From: Bugula neritina
Lineage: Eukaryota; Animalia; Bryozoa
Reading direction: 5' to 3'
Assembly: GCA_964035545.1 (NCBI GenBank)
Contig: OZ037771.1
Coordinates: forward strand, 445,628-509,627
Length of the DNA: 64,000 nucleotides
Position 1 is the first letter of the stretch. Each line of letters opens with the position of its first letter. Below are positions 12,247-26,000 of this stretch, one piece after another. A model generated the notes under the pieces. It did no database searches, was not told the DNA's origin, and worked only from the letters and a program-made list of their open reading frames with translations. Position numbers and translations under genes: made by a program.

Positions 12247-13554
12247 TTATTCACCATTAGTGTGGACCAGCTCTCGGCCATTTCTGTATCCTTCTGTCAT
12301 AGAGCACATTTCTTCTGTGGTGGTGTGTTGAGAGTTAGCGTTTAGTATGCTGTTATCCTTGAGAGTTTGCTCCTGTGTGAGGTCAAGATATATATGGTTC
12401 TTGAAGTAGTCTTTCTTACGGTGTAGAGACAGCAAGAAAATATCACACAATACCGCTGCTACCCCCAGCAGAGCAAAACCAGCTCCCAAATTGAGAAAGA
12501 ATGTGACAACATCAAATGCTCTGGCTTTAGCTTGAGTGTTAAGAGTGAATAGTATGCCATATGCCTTTACAAGTTGGCGCTTCTGTATACCGTCTTCGTA
12601 GTAAAAGATTGGGTAGCGAAAGTTATAACCAGAACCTAGCATGTTTCCTTTATAATTATCTAATCGGTCAAAAACATATTTTGGCATGCATTTAGACTCT
12701 TTCAAGTCAAAGTTACAGTCCCACGTAACACGCATAGATATAACTCCACCTTTTAAAGCGAGTTGTTCAAACCATTTGTCTTCATACTTGATTTCATTGG
12801 AGAGCTTTGTCTCAGCTATGCTCACAATATCTTTAAGTTGAAATATTGGGCAGTATGGGTGGTCCGTGTGGTGGTATCGGCAAGTGTATAGGTATGATTC
12901 GTTTATACTTTCTATAAAATTGCTTCTAGTCTTTTTATAGTACGGAAAGTAGACATGATTCTTAAGTAGAACAGTGAAGTCTTTAGTTTGTGTGAGATAC
13001 TCAGGCTCACCTGTGGTGGTCTTTGGTGAACTGTCGTCTTCAATTGGACACCAAGCACTTACCATGCAGGTGTGAGACGTGAGGTTACACTCTCCAGTGC
13101 TGACTCCATGCCCAAGATGAAAAGGCATGCCAACTGGGAGACAGTCAGCATCACTTCTGCAGTCAGAATTAGTTCCAGGTAGAGCTGTACACTCTCCTTG
13201 GGTCTGGTTGTGAGTTACAATGACGTTTGTGGTGAGAAAGAAAGCTCCATTCTCTTCCGGGGGTATGTTCAAGTCGGCCGTGTCCCAAACACGCGAACCA
13301 ACTCTCGGATCCGAAGAGTTAGTGAAAGCCACTCCCTTTAACTTGGTAGTTGTGCCGCTAACAGCTTCGGTGTCGATGTACTGGTAGCCTTTGTTTAGGA
13401 TGAAGACGTAGAATATGATGTAAAAGATGATGAGAGTCTGTATCACTCTGTGCAGTATCCCAATGAATCGGGAGCGAATGTGAACAATCTTAGGGGTGTC
13501 GTACTCGAGGAACGTGGATGTCAGAGCTGTCTTGAGAAATCTCCCACAGCCCAT
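12247..13554 (-). CDS. P2X purinoceptor (ATP-gated cation channel), single-exon ORF, 435 aa
   Basis: N-terminal YDTPK motif, TM1, TTKLKG ATP-binding lysines, 10 ectodomain cysteines, FTVLLKN, GYNFRY, KAYGI and TM2 ending in CD. The subtype cannot be assigned from the sequence alone. Confidence 0.96.
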   Translation of the reverse strand: MGCGRFLKTALTSTFLEYDTPKIVHIRSRFIGILHRVIQTLIIFYIIFYVFILNKGYQYIDTEAVSGTTTKLKGVAFTNSSDPRVGSRVWDTADLNIPPEENGAFFLTTNVIVTHNQTQGECTALPGTNSDCRSDADCLPVGMPFHLGHGVSTGECNLTSHTCMVSAWCPIEDDSSPKTTTGEPEYLTQTKDFTVLLKNHVYFPYYKKTRSNFIESINESYLYTCRYHHTDHPYCPIFQLKDIVSIAETKLSNEIKYEDKWFEQLALKGGVISMRVTWDCNFDLKESKCMPKYVFDRLDNYKGNMLGSGYNFRYPIFYYEDGIQKRQLVKAYGILFTLNTQAKARAFDVVTFFLNLGAGFALLGVAAVLCDIFLLSLHRKKDYFKNHIYLDLTQEQTLKDNSILNANSQHTTTEEMCSMTEGYRNGRELVHTNGE

Positions 13555-14811
13555 TCTCTGCTGACAGTGAGTTAGAAACTGCTGACTTTAACTACTCTAC
13601 TCAGGAGGCAGCTTTACCTCATGTGACAATATCTGAAAGCAGCAATGGAATGATAAGTGAAAGTGCCCATCAATAGCTTTTATTCTGTAAACCAATCACC
13701 TTTTATTAGCCTGTGCTCCAATAATGGCAATAGGTATGTGATGAGTGCATCAGCTCTATCTAACATGTTCACAAAGTTGTAATCTAACTATATAAGGCTC
13801 GGGCTAACTCAAATAATTATGCTGGTAAAACTGCTACAATCAGTGCAGAACAAAATTAATTGTCTTTAATTCTCAAAGTCAATAGATGTAGCAAAAATGC
13901 ATTGTCATTTTAGGTCCAAAAAATGCAAATTTGTATGAAACCCATAATTAATAGTTTTATTAAAAAAGATTTTCGAAGCAGTGCTTATACAAAATATGTA
14001 ACAGTGAGGGAATTTGGAATACAACAAAGTACATGAGAGAATCTTTTTGTACTTCATGACACTTTTCAGCACTTGAGGCATGCAATCCTCTAGAGATGTT
14101 GGATACATTGTACGGTGTGCATCATTTATCAATAGGAGTTTACTGCATTTCACACTTCTCCACTCAACTTATTCAATGTCTAGTTACTGTAACCCCCTCC
14201 CTTCCCACTTACCTCCCATCCCACTTACCTCCCCTCCTACTTACCTCCCCTCCCACTTACCTCCCCTCCCACTTACCTCCCCTCCTACTTACCTCCCCTC
14301 CCACTTACCTCCCCTCCCACTTACCTCCCCTCCCACTTACCTCCCCTCTTTTCCCCTCTTTTTCTGTGAAAATCAAATTAAAAAAAGAAAATTGATTGCA
14401 AACCAACAACTTTAATAATTAATATTTTACCAATAACTTAGTCTGAATAATCTCATACTTGATGATGGATAATATTTACCTGCTGTACTGCTAATAATAG
14501 CCTCAGTGTAAACACTATGAGTTGATCATCACAGATTAACTCTCTATATGCATATGAAGCTCATCTAATATTGATGAGACCTCAGTGTTTGGAGACTTCA
14601 CTCCTACCATATAACTTTATTCTAATATTTACCTCATGTGTAAGTAACACCTCATCAACTTGTATAACATTAGATTCAACAATCATTCTATTATGTTGAC
14701 GCAGTTCTCAGCTGCATATAGACTAAAGCACATCATTTTATTATTGCCATTTTACTGATGTCATGTTAATAAATATAAACCTTTGAATTTGATAAATTTT
14801 CATGATCCCAT

Positions 14812-15078
14812 GCTACTACCTGCTACCACCTGCTACTACCTGCTACCACCTGCTACTACCTGCTACCACCTGCTACCACCTGCTACCACCTGCTACTACC
14901 TGCTACCACCTGCTACTACCTGCTACTACCTGCTACCACCTGCTACTACCTGCTACCACCTGCTACCACCTGCTACTACCTGCTACCACCTGCTACTACC
15001 TGCTACCACCTGCTACTACCTGCTACCACCTGCTATTATCTATTATTACCTGCTACCACATATTACTACCTGCTACCA
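14812..15078. repeat. 10-nt minisatellite (tgctaccacc/tgctactacc)
   Basis: Direct periodicity. Confidence 0.9.
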
Positions 15079-15969
15079 CTTATAATTAGCTACTCCCTTT
15101 TTACAGTCCAAATTTCTATGGTAATGAAATGTTGAAGATTTGTGTTCGTTAATGAGCTTTTTCTTCAAGCTGGAAACATTATTTCAGGTGCCAAATACCC
15201 TCCTGACATCACATGTGGCCACTCTAGGATTAAACCCCATGACCCATGAGCAATCAATAGTGTATTATTATACCACCACTGCAGGCATACATTAATATGA
15301 ATCATGTGAAACATTCCTAGACTATATATTTCCTGCCAGTATTTTCTACCAATATCCTAATCAATAGCATTTGAACTGAAAACTTTTGCTATCAAGCGCT
15401 AAAGCATACAAAAAGTATAGTTGTTGAAATTATTCTAATAAAATAGCCATGCAGCTGCTTTTGGAAATCAATGATCACCATAATACATTTTTATAATATA
15501 ATTATATGCTAAAATATGTGATGAGCTTATAGTGTCACGTCTGTAAAAGATGCAACGTACCGTGGAAAAGTCAATAATAAAAGCACTTGATCACTAGAGA
15601 TGGCATTACACTTTAATAGGATTTTCTTGAAATATGTTACAATAATACAGTGAACCATACAAGTCTGCTTTTTAGTTGCAATAAATGAAAACGAAAGAGT
15701 TTATATACATTCCATATTAATAAGAGAAAATTCTATCCTTCAAGACTGGTAAATTATTGGCCAGGTTGTTGCTTAATGGCTGGAATGTCTTGTAGTGTGG
15801 CAAAAGCTTAAAAATAGCTTCAAACTTGTTTTTGTGACTACAGTTTAGCAGGCAGCAGTAAATAAGATGAGAAACAATTAAATGTTCCTTAGTGAATTTA
15901 CCCAGTAGTTTGCTAAATATGAAGCATTTCTCTCCAAGTAAGTAGTTATGAGAACTAATAATTCTTATG

Positions 15970-16258
15970 TAAATACATCTACCAGGTAAATACATCTACC
16001 AGGTAAATACATCTACCAGGTGAATACATCTATACCAGGTAAATACATCTACCAGATAAACACATCTACCAGGTGAACACATCTACTAGGTAAACACATC
16101 TACCAGGTAAATACATCTACCAGGTAAATACATCTATCAGATAAACACATCTACCAGGTAAATACATCTACCAGGTAAATACATCTATCAGGTAAATACA
16201 TCTACCAGGTAAATACATCTACCAGGTAAATACATCTACCAGGTAAACACATCTATCA
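15970..16258. repeat. 17-nt minisatellite (aggtaaatacatctacc)
   Basis: About 17 copies; each carries CAG|GTAAAT on the + strand. Confidence 0.9.
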
Positions 16259-17339
16259 GTGTAGTCTGTTGCTTTAGGTACGTAACAGCTCTTGTGTTCA
16301 GAAGGTTCATTGCTTCGGCTTCCTTCACATCAGATTTTGCTGCAGATAGCAGTTCTGGGATGAGTGAATATCTGCAGGAGGGGTATATACCTCATTGATT
16401 AGCACTCACATGCCATATCATAGAATGCAGTTGGGTTCAGATATGGATCTTTGCTTAGCCTACAGTCTCAAACTTTTTAATTCAGATGATGATTGCTGAG
16501 TTCACAGGCTGATAACTTCTCTAAGGCTATGCCCACCTCGAAGCAGCAGAGCTGATAATGCCACACGTCAGGAAACATAAACTGACATTCTGCTACATGC
16601 TAATAAAACTAATTAAAAACTAATTATACATGAGACTTGCATGGAGTATGTATCACTTTACTGTCTACTGTGTAATTCATTCTCCGCCATACAACTCTGA
16701 GAGCTCTGTGCTAGCTGCATGTCTGTTTCCACTTCTAATTTAATAACACAGTGCATGGTGCACCAGCCTACAGCTCCTGTTTCTTTAATCTAATTCCCCA
16801 TCTGCCAGTTCATATAGTCTAATCCCTGTCCCTTAGTTGGTATATAAGTCTCTCTCTCTCACCCTCTCTGCCCTCCCTACCCTCTCTGCCCTCCTTACCC
16901 TCCCTACCCTCTTTGCCCTCCCTACCCTCCCTACCCTCTTTGCCCTCCCTACCCTCTCTACCCTCCCTACTCCCCATCTCTCTCTCTCTCTCAAAAGAAA
17001 GAACTTTTAACAAACAATAAGCTAGGAACATTTGTATTCTTGAGCCTTGCAAGTGAAAGTGTACAGGCTATGATCATCAAAAGCTGGGACAAGCCATAGC
17101 CTGTACATCTATAGTATTTCCAGAGACTGCCAAAAGTACAAGCAGTGACAAATAGGTCCCTAACTCTATTTAGTAGCAGCTAAATAAGATGACCTGAAAA
17201 ATTGTATTATAAGCAATATAACAATAGAGTTTACTGCTGATTCTTCTGTTATTCATCGTAAATTGGTAATCACATAGTTGCAGCTCAATATGCTGGTGTA
17301 ATACTGATATCTAGTGGTAAGTGAAACATAGATGGTTGA

Positions 17340-17490
17340 CCATCACGTAATTACGCAATGAGCTAATGCGTTATAATAGTCAAACAATGCATAGTGATGA
17401 GCACTGGAATGCTCCAACAATACTTTCATTGTTCGCATTTGGAAATTATTGAAGCATGACAGAGCGTCTGGGTTGACCCTTTGACCTTAG
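17340..17490. promoter_or_regulatory. Putative AIF1 proximal promoter with a C/EBP-type site (TTACGCAA, 17351) and a nuclear-receptor DR2-type repeat (TGACCC-TT-TGACCT, 17474-17487)
   Basis: Motif matches 140-280 nt upstream of the AIF1 ATG; no functional data. Confidence 0.35.
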
Positions 17491-17625
17491 AGGACAGATT
17501 GTCGTATAATGTGCTACTACTGCCACTCTAACTAGTTGACTGGCTTCCACCTTCTCGTCTGCTTTCTCCACAGTCTATGCTGTTCACTGTTCAGTAAAGA
17601 GTTCAAGAGAGCTTCACTGCCAGCG

Positions 17626-20409
17626 ATGGCTAGTCCAGACCACCAAGGTTTGTCGCGATTCATCAGTAATTTTACTATTAGTAGTTTTACTACTTGTTTT
17701 GTTGATGAAATCACAGGACTGAAGTATGCAAATAACACAGCTTAACAGTAACTATAGTCAAAGATATATGAGATATCTATATTTCTTTATGGATACATGT
17801 ATTTACTGTTATAGAGTTGCTATAGCTACTTCTTAAATGATATTTACAAGAAATCCCCAAAGACTAACATAATAGTGATAGTTTGAGCTCCAAAACTGTT
17901 AGCCTTAGAATTAGTCATCACACAGGTTCGGAGGCGCTTCAAACCCCTCCATATCACACATAATTCAAGTGTATAAAACTGAATGTTGTTCTCATGCAGC
18001 TCACTGCTGATATTTTGTTCAGAGTCAAAGTTGCAGGAATAAGGAAGTACTTTTGTTACCCCTATTATGTGTATGGAGGTAGTAGGCCTATACCATCCTT
18101 CACTCTAAAGTGTAAACCAGCCAGTCTTTCCTACAGGATATAGTTATATGCTGTCCATACAGAGTGTAGCCCATAATCTCACCCTATAAACTTCAGTGAA
18201 CTACATGGCATGTATACAGAGTGAGCTTTGTATTACGTAATGTGCTACTTATGACAGAAAATAGGATATTGACAAGTTTGTGTTGTTATTATTACGTTAC
18301 TGTATGCCATGGTGGAGTGTTGATATTATGCTTATATGTTGTATCATAATACTTGCAGCTGGGAAGCACTATGGAGCAGAACTTACCAAGTTGGAGGCAA
18401 TGTTGGACACAGTAAACAAGGTACTATACTACTAGTTATATCTAAGTTATACAGGTTACCTGTACTCCACAGGGACAGGAGATTCTTACTGTTTCTACTA
18501 GTATTTGTATCCTGCTGCTAATACAGCTGTTACTGCCGCTGTTTCAGTCAGAGGAGCAGAGATATAGGGTTAGTTTTGGGCTATGTAGGTTGTAAATTAA
18601 GACAGGTCTATTGATGTAGTGATAGCTGAGAACAATGAATACTTCCTGATTGAATAGCTGTGAGCTACTGAGTGGGACTGCATACACTTTAGCCATGCAA
18701 CTAGTGCACACAGCTGAGCTAAATATAGCTGTCATGGCATGTCACCGAGGCACGTTGACATGATCTTTCTACTGCTATGTCACATTATTATGTAATTATT
18801 GTTTATCACAGTTTACTCTTGTCAGCTAATATTTCTTACTTGGCAGCTTGTATTGGAATAGTATAGAGTATAACTACAGCATAGTATATCTACAGCATAG
18901 TATATCTACAGTATAGTATATCTACAGTACAGTGTAACTACAGTACAGTATAACTACAGTACAGTATAACTACAGTACAGTATAACTACAGTACAGTATA
19001 ACTACAGTACAGTATAACTACTGTACAGTATAACTACAGTACAGTATAACTACTGTACAGTATAACTACAGTACAGTATAACTACAGTACAGTGTAACTA
19101 CAGTACAGTGTAACTACAGTACAGTGTAACTACAGTACAGTGTAACTACAGTACAGTATAACTACAGTACAGTATAACTACAGTACAGTGTAACTACAGT
19201 ATAGTATAACTACAGCATAGTATAACTACAGCATAGTATAACTACAGCATAGTATAACTACAGCATAGTATAACTACAGCATAGTATAACTACAGTATAG
19301 TATAACTACAGTATAGTATATCTACAGTATAGTATAACTACAGCATAGTATAACTACAGTATAGTATAACTACAGCATAGTATAACTACAGTACAGTATA
19401 TCTACAGTATAGTACATATATCTACAGCATAGTATATCTACAGTGTAGAAAAATCTTACATCTGATTACCATTTTCCCTTTATTGTAGCAATTCGTAGAT
19501 GATGGTAAATACGATAATGTTGAAGATTTGGACGAAAAGCTAATACAGTTTAAAGGTCCGTTGTCATGCCCTTACAGCTAATAAACCTGAACTTTTTTAG
19601 TTATTCTGATATTTTCTCAGTAAATTACATAATAAACTAGTTCAAAGTTGTGTTCTACCTGCGTCACCAGTTTTTCAAACCTTCAATGTTTAAAAAAATT
19701 GGAAGGATGACTCCTAAGTAGATTAGAAATTGCTCAAGGAAATTGTTCATAGGTACACGATTGTGTGTTCTGAATCATATAAATACACTCACAGACTTTA
19801 AACTCTTAAAGCTTAGAATTATGTTTATAATCACAGCATTCAGTTGAAGCTTTGCCTTTTATAATTTTAGCAAAGTTCATTGAATGTGACCGTGACCTTT
19901 CTGGAGACTTGGGTGAGTAGTTGTTTGTTTATATAGTGCACGCAGAATATGTTGCATACTGGAGTTATCTTCTCTTATGTTACTCTGGTCTACACACAAT
20001 GTCCTCAGGTGCTCTTCCACTGTTACAGATCTGATGGACCTAAAATACATGCTAGAGAAATTGGGCCAGCCAAAAACACATTTGGAACTGAAGAAGATGA
20101 TAAAGCAAGTTGACCTCAACAACTCTGGTACCATCAACTATCACGAGTTCATTTTGATGATGCTTGGCAAATCCTCTGTCCTTAGAATGTGAGTGGCCAT
20201 CAGATAAGAGTCTGTACCAAGTGTATATGGCTGTCTTTCTTCTACTTGAAATATCCATTTACCATTGTCAAAATATACTATACAATATAATATATAGTAA
20301 ACATTATATTTTCATATTCCGTAGGATTTTGATGTTTGAAGACAAAAAGAAAGATGCGGAAAAGCCAACTGGTGTGGCACCCAAGAAAAAACTTACTGAA
20401 TTACCTTAA
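17626..20409 (+). CDS. AIF1: Allograft inflammatory factor 1 / Iba1-like EF-hand protein. Exons 17626-17647, 18359-18420, 19489-19555, 19871-19912, 20029-20188, 20325-20409
   Basis: Spliced product [36 protein letters not shown]...[41 protein letters not shown]...MILMFEDK...[10 protein letters not shown] matches AIF1 hallmarks; all exon phases are consistent. Confidence 0.92.
18870..19445. repeat. 15-nt intronic minisatellite (taactacagtacagt-type) in an AIF1 intron
   Basis: Direct periodicity. Confidence 0.9.
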
Positions 20410-20825
20410 CTTCTTAATTTATAGTTTATTGTTTATTTTTAGATACGTTTAAGTTCTACTTATCACGATTCCACTTCTACTACTTATTCTTCACATTTTT
20501 AGGTTTTCCTTCAGGCAGTTCTGCAGTGTGTAGTATTCATAAGACTGTAGTTATACACATATTTTATGTTAAACATATTGTTATTAATTAGCTTTGCTAT
20601 TGCTAGTTATAAAACTGTATTTATACTATGTTTCTAGCAATTAATTTGCTATGAGGGGCCTTGACAGTGACTACAGCAGTACATTTACATGCTCAAGATA
20701 TTACAAATAACTTTATATGGTTTTGCTAGCAACTTCTAGTGTTATATAATATGCAATATAATGATATTATATATGCTAGAAGGCTATTATGATTCATAAA
20801 TAAAAACTGCACACTTGGAGAATGT

Positions 20826-21035
20826 AGGTACGGGGTGAGAAGGAGTAGGTACGGGGTGAGAAGGAGTAGGTACGGGGTGAGAAGGAGTAGGTACGGGGTG
20901 AGAAGGAGTAGGTACGGGGTGAGAAGGAGTAGGTACGGGGTGAGAAGGAGTAGGTACGGGTGAGAAGGAGTAGGTACGGGGTGAGAAGGAGTAGGTACGG
21001 GGTGAGAAGGAGTAGGTACGGGGTGAGAAGGAGTA
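20826..21035. repeat. 21-nt minisatellite (aggtacggggtgagaaggagt) downstream of AIF1
   Basis: Direct periodicity. Confidence 0.9.
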
Positions 21036-21539
21036 AAAAAAGATTTCAATCTAAAGTAAATTAGAATTCACCTTGTGATACGTACTAACCACTAACAGAA
21101 ATATTATTATCTGCAAAAAGCATTTTAAAGTGTTATTGGAGGAGAACATAGTCTTAATGGTGTATACAATGGATTCAATCTGGTGAAATTTAAATGAAAA
21201 TCCAATTTCATTAATTGCCTTAGAGTAATCATAATGTATTGTCCTCTAGGTTATTGAAACAGCACATGCTATTTGTATTGGGCAAGAAAATATCTTTGGA
21301 TGATCTTGTACTAGTGTTTGTGGTGTGTATGCACTTACAGTGACATTAATGTTATCACCAAAATGAATTACTGATGGTTTCGTGTTTATATTTGGAATGA
21401 GCATAAAATTTGCTTGGGCTCTATCTGGCAACCTGAAAATGTATGCTTATGGACTTGCTCTTTACTATCGAAATTATATAAAATTATTGTAAAGTTGTAT
21501 TTTTGTGTTGATAGCTTATAATATTCACAAAGATGTTAA

Positions 21540-21810
21540 TACTTCGGATACCAACCCAAATCGCATCGGGGAGCAAACGATTCGCTATGAAACTGTACTC
21601 GTGCACGTGTTTTCATGAAGCGAAACTGGAGAAAATGCGCACGACTTGAAAGTCGACTGCTGGCGAATATTCACGATTGGTGTATATTGCAAAAGCTTTC
21701 TGTAGTAAACGCAATTTTCCCCACGTGACTTTATTAAACCGTTCGTTCTCGCATACATTCGCTCGATTGCAACGGCTAAGCTCGGCAGCTATCCGCCATT
21801 TTGAGAAATT
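21540..21810 (+). promoter_or_regulatory. Probable CBP promoter/TSS region, locally CpG-rich, with YY1-type CCGCCATTTT at 21793
   Basis: CpG enrichment relative to the flanks; YY1 consensus; downstream non-coding exon ending at donor ~22471 and an acceptor at ~22974 before the ATG. Confidence 0.5.
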
Positions 21811-23030
21811 AATTAGTAGGGATAATCTGAAAACAAATGGTTCCAGTGGTAGTCACGACCAGTTTTAAATATTGTTTATTGACCTATCGATATACCTGTT
21901 ACACCGAACTGATCACACTGAAGAGGATTTTCGATAAGCACCTGAAGACGTAGGCATTGGGTGTATATTCTAATGAATAAAGAAGAAAAGTTGAACTTGA
22001 AACGATATAAAATAATTATTTTAATTTATTATTTATAATATTAATATTTTCACTTAGAAGTTCAACTGGACTTTCACTTTTAATCTGCTAGACTGGAAGT
22101 AAATAGCCAACCATAAGTTACTTTGAAGTTTGTGGTCATCAATAAGATAAGACTAAGAGTCAGAGTGACCTCTAGAAGTGGATCTCCTGTTCACAGTTTG
22201 AGTTCAGTATCTTACATCTCAGTCGCCTCGAAGATCGAGCGCTCATACCGATACACAGTCATCGATTAAGTGTGACTTTATACTTAAAATAGTAACCTAC
22301 CAGCTAAAGTTAAAGTAACTAACTTATCGAAACACAGAAAGAAGATGCTGTCGCCATGCTCATGCTGATCATTCATCAACTTTAAATTTCAGTCCGAAAT
22401 TTGGATTGTTAAACGATGCCATCACTTTACTTTTAGTGTTTTCACTTTTGAAAACGAAAGAAAAAGTGCAGGTAAAGTTTATCTACATCATCATATTTAT
22501 CTTGCATTCAATGATTTATATGATTTATCTATTTCAACTTCAAGTTATTTTTAGTATAAAATCGCTGAAGAACTTCATCGGTATAACTATCATTATGATA
22601 ATGATACCTTGAAGTTAAAGTTAAACGTAATGACAAACTTAGAGTCAATCTATGACCATAGCGCCAGTTACCCTTATATTTGTAGTAGTACTAGTACTAG
22701 TAGTACTGTTGTCATATTATAATTTATATTGTAATTATTTAAAAATTGAAATAGATGTTAGAAATCAAATACCATTTAAATTCTAAAAAGTAGTATTCAA
22801 GCATAATGAGCATGAAATATGAAAACTAAAAATTTTCTAATATACTTATAATAAATAGACTAATTGATGGATGGTACAACTTGTACTACAAGTATTATTA
22901 CTAATTTATACCAGAAAATCAATTTGAACGAAACATGTTTGAAGTGGTATTAATTTTGAGCATAAATATTGCAGACTCAAACTCCTACTTATTTGTATTA
23001 CCTCAGCTCAATACAAATATCTGCACCAAA

Positions 23031-26000
23031 ATGATGTCTGAACAACCCGATGGGCCTCCAGCAAATAAGCGTCCCAAACTTGCGGGGATGCCTTCAAATG
23101 ACAATGGTATGTTATTGTTTTATTTGTTCATAGTGAGCAAGTTTCTGTTTCATAGTCATGATGGTCAACTTTCATTCTAGTGGAGGATTGTAAATGAATG
23201 AATGGATATATGTGTATTTTTACTGATTAACCCTCTTGTGTAGCTAAATAATTAAAACATACGTTGTTGACTATTGTCATTATAACATTGCTGATTAGTT
23301 ATACAACTGCTTGTATGCGGGTAAAATAACTATATGTGAGCAAAGTCATTCTTAATTTTTCCAAACGATTTTGAAAAATAATGTTTATTTCATTTCTGAA
23401 AAGTTTAAAGTAAAATTTCTGGTATATAGTTAAAGCTAGCTGTCTGCCTTCTCATAAATGTGTAGATCCTGGTAGTGCTGATTGTTTATAATCTAAGATG
23501 GTTTAATAATTCCCTCTGCATGATTTGTGTTCTGCTTTCTAGCATACAATCTGAGTGCTTTAGAAGATCTGCCCGACAGTTTGCTGGGGGGAGGTAACCC
23601 CATGCAACCCCAACAGCCCCCTCCTATTCATGAGACGCACCAAAACCTTACAGCCTTACTATCAAACAATGCTCCATCAAAAGAAGTCAGCCACCCCACC
23701 TCCATGAACAGTACAATGGGTAATTACACTGGGCCGGGTCCAGGTCATCCTGGTGGGCCGGGTCCGGGTCATCCTGGTGGGCCGGGCCTTCCTGGGGCAC
23801 CCGGTGGTGCCAACCAGTACCACAGTAATATGATGACTAATGGTGGACCTGGTGCAGGCTATGCACCTTCCAGTTACAACAACACAGGCGTACCCTACTC
23901 TGGCTCTCCCAGTCTCATGTACAGCTCATCTGTGCCATCCTCCATCACCCACTCAGTCACCAACTCTATGCCCATGTCGGCCATGCCCAACCAACAACCT
24001 ATACAGCAGCAGCCATCTCATCCTGGCAGCATTGTACAGAGTCAGCAAGCACCTATGCAGTCACAGCCGGGTATGCCGCTCGGTGCTATGATGAATGGTC
24101 CTTCGTCAGTTATGAATAACATGACCAATAGACCAATATCCAACAACATTCATCCCAGACTTCCAAACCCTCAGGTAGGCTAAGACTTGCCAGTATATTC
24201 TATAGTGTTTATTATATGATATGCTATAGTGTTGATTATATGATATTCTATAGTGTTTATTATATTCTATGTTGACAGGTGATGAGTAATGGACCGATGA
24301 GTCATCCAGGTAACGGACCAATGGGGATGCCACCTCAGGGTCAGCTGCCGCCACCTACGCAGATGCCCGGTGGTATGGGCCTGGGGCCCAGAGTCTCGGG
24401 TACCATGACTCAGAGTCAAGGCAACACTGTCACTCCCAATGCTATACACGCTAAGAGGAAACAGCTGCAGCAGCAACTTGTCTTGCTATTGCATGCTCAC
24501 AAGTGTCAGAGGAGAGAGAAGACAGCCAATGGTGAAGTGGAACAGCCGTGCAGCCTACCTCATTGCAAGACCATGAAAATGGTTCTCCAGCATATGACCG
24601 TTTGTGTTGACGGCAAAGACTGTAAAGGTAACCCACTTTTTGTTGCAGCCTCTGCCTCTAACCCCTCTCCCACTGTATATATAAGTTATATGAAATACAC
24701 ACAACATCTCTGTTATGTTGCTGATATATGTTGCTGTAGTGACGCACTGTGTGAGCTCCAGACAGATTATTGGTCACTGGAGAAGCTGTACCAGAAACGA
24801 CTGCCCCGTTTGTCTGCCTCTGAAGAATGCAACAGACCGTAAGAGTGGTGTGCAGGGTGGAAGTGAGTATTCTCTCTCTTTCTGTAACATACCTTACTTC
24901 ACCTTTACCTGACTATATATATATATATATCTTAGAATATTGCATTCTAGTTGAATCTATTATTTTCCTTTGTTGTTTACAGATAGCGTACTGAACAGTC
25001 TAGTAAACAGTGTCAATGGTTTAGACATACCCAATGCGCCACCCAACATTAATATGCCCCCTGGTGGTGGGCAGATGCAATCTCACTCCATGCCAACCCC
25101 TGGCGCCATGCCCCCTCCCTCTCAGTGGGCCCCACAGCAACCCCAACCACCGCAGTCACAGATGACCAACAGCAACATGCCACAGCAACACACCGCTGCC
25201 GGTATGCTGTCTTCTCAAGCTAAACCCCCTTCGGTGATGCCCCCAGGTGCTAACAGACCCCCTCACCCCAACCAAATGGCATTGAACAGGCCAAGTAATC
25301 CGTCCTTCAATGGGCCGGAGATGAAGAAAGCTTACGATGCCCTCGGCCTGTCCTACCCTGGCCCTGGTAATGGAGCTCCGAATGCAGTGTTGAACTCCCA
25401 CCAGTCCCCAGGTCAGTTCTCTACCTACTCGTCTGTATCTCTTGTCTATCTTATCTGTATCCTGGCTGTCTCGTCACCGAAGGCAGCGTGTTCACCTCTA
25501 ACGTGAGGTTTTCTCATTCTTAGGTCAGAGAGGCCTTCAGTTCAACAGCGGAGGTCTGGTGGCTGCGTCCAACTCAAAGGATCAGCCTGTCAAGGAATGG
25601 CACCAGAATGTGGCTCTGGACCTGCGTAACCACCTTGTATATAAACTGTAAGCATACCCCCCTCCTCTCTCTCTCTCCCCCCTCCTCTCTCTCTCTCTCC
25701 TTCCTACTTGTGCTGCTCGTTTCTCTTAAATTTCTCTTCCCAGCTTCTAGTTGATTTGATTTTCTGTTGATTGATTCAGAGTTCAGGAGATATTCCCCTC
25801 TCCCCAGCGAGAGGTGTTGCGGGATCCGAGAATGGCAAATCTGATACACTATGCAAGGAAAGTAGAGCACGAGATGTACAAGAACGCCAACAGCAGGGTA
25901 TTATATGCATACACTACAAACTACAGTACACTATACACACTACAGTACACTATACACACTACAGTACACTATACACACTACAGTACACTATACGCACTAC

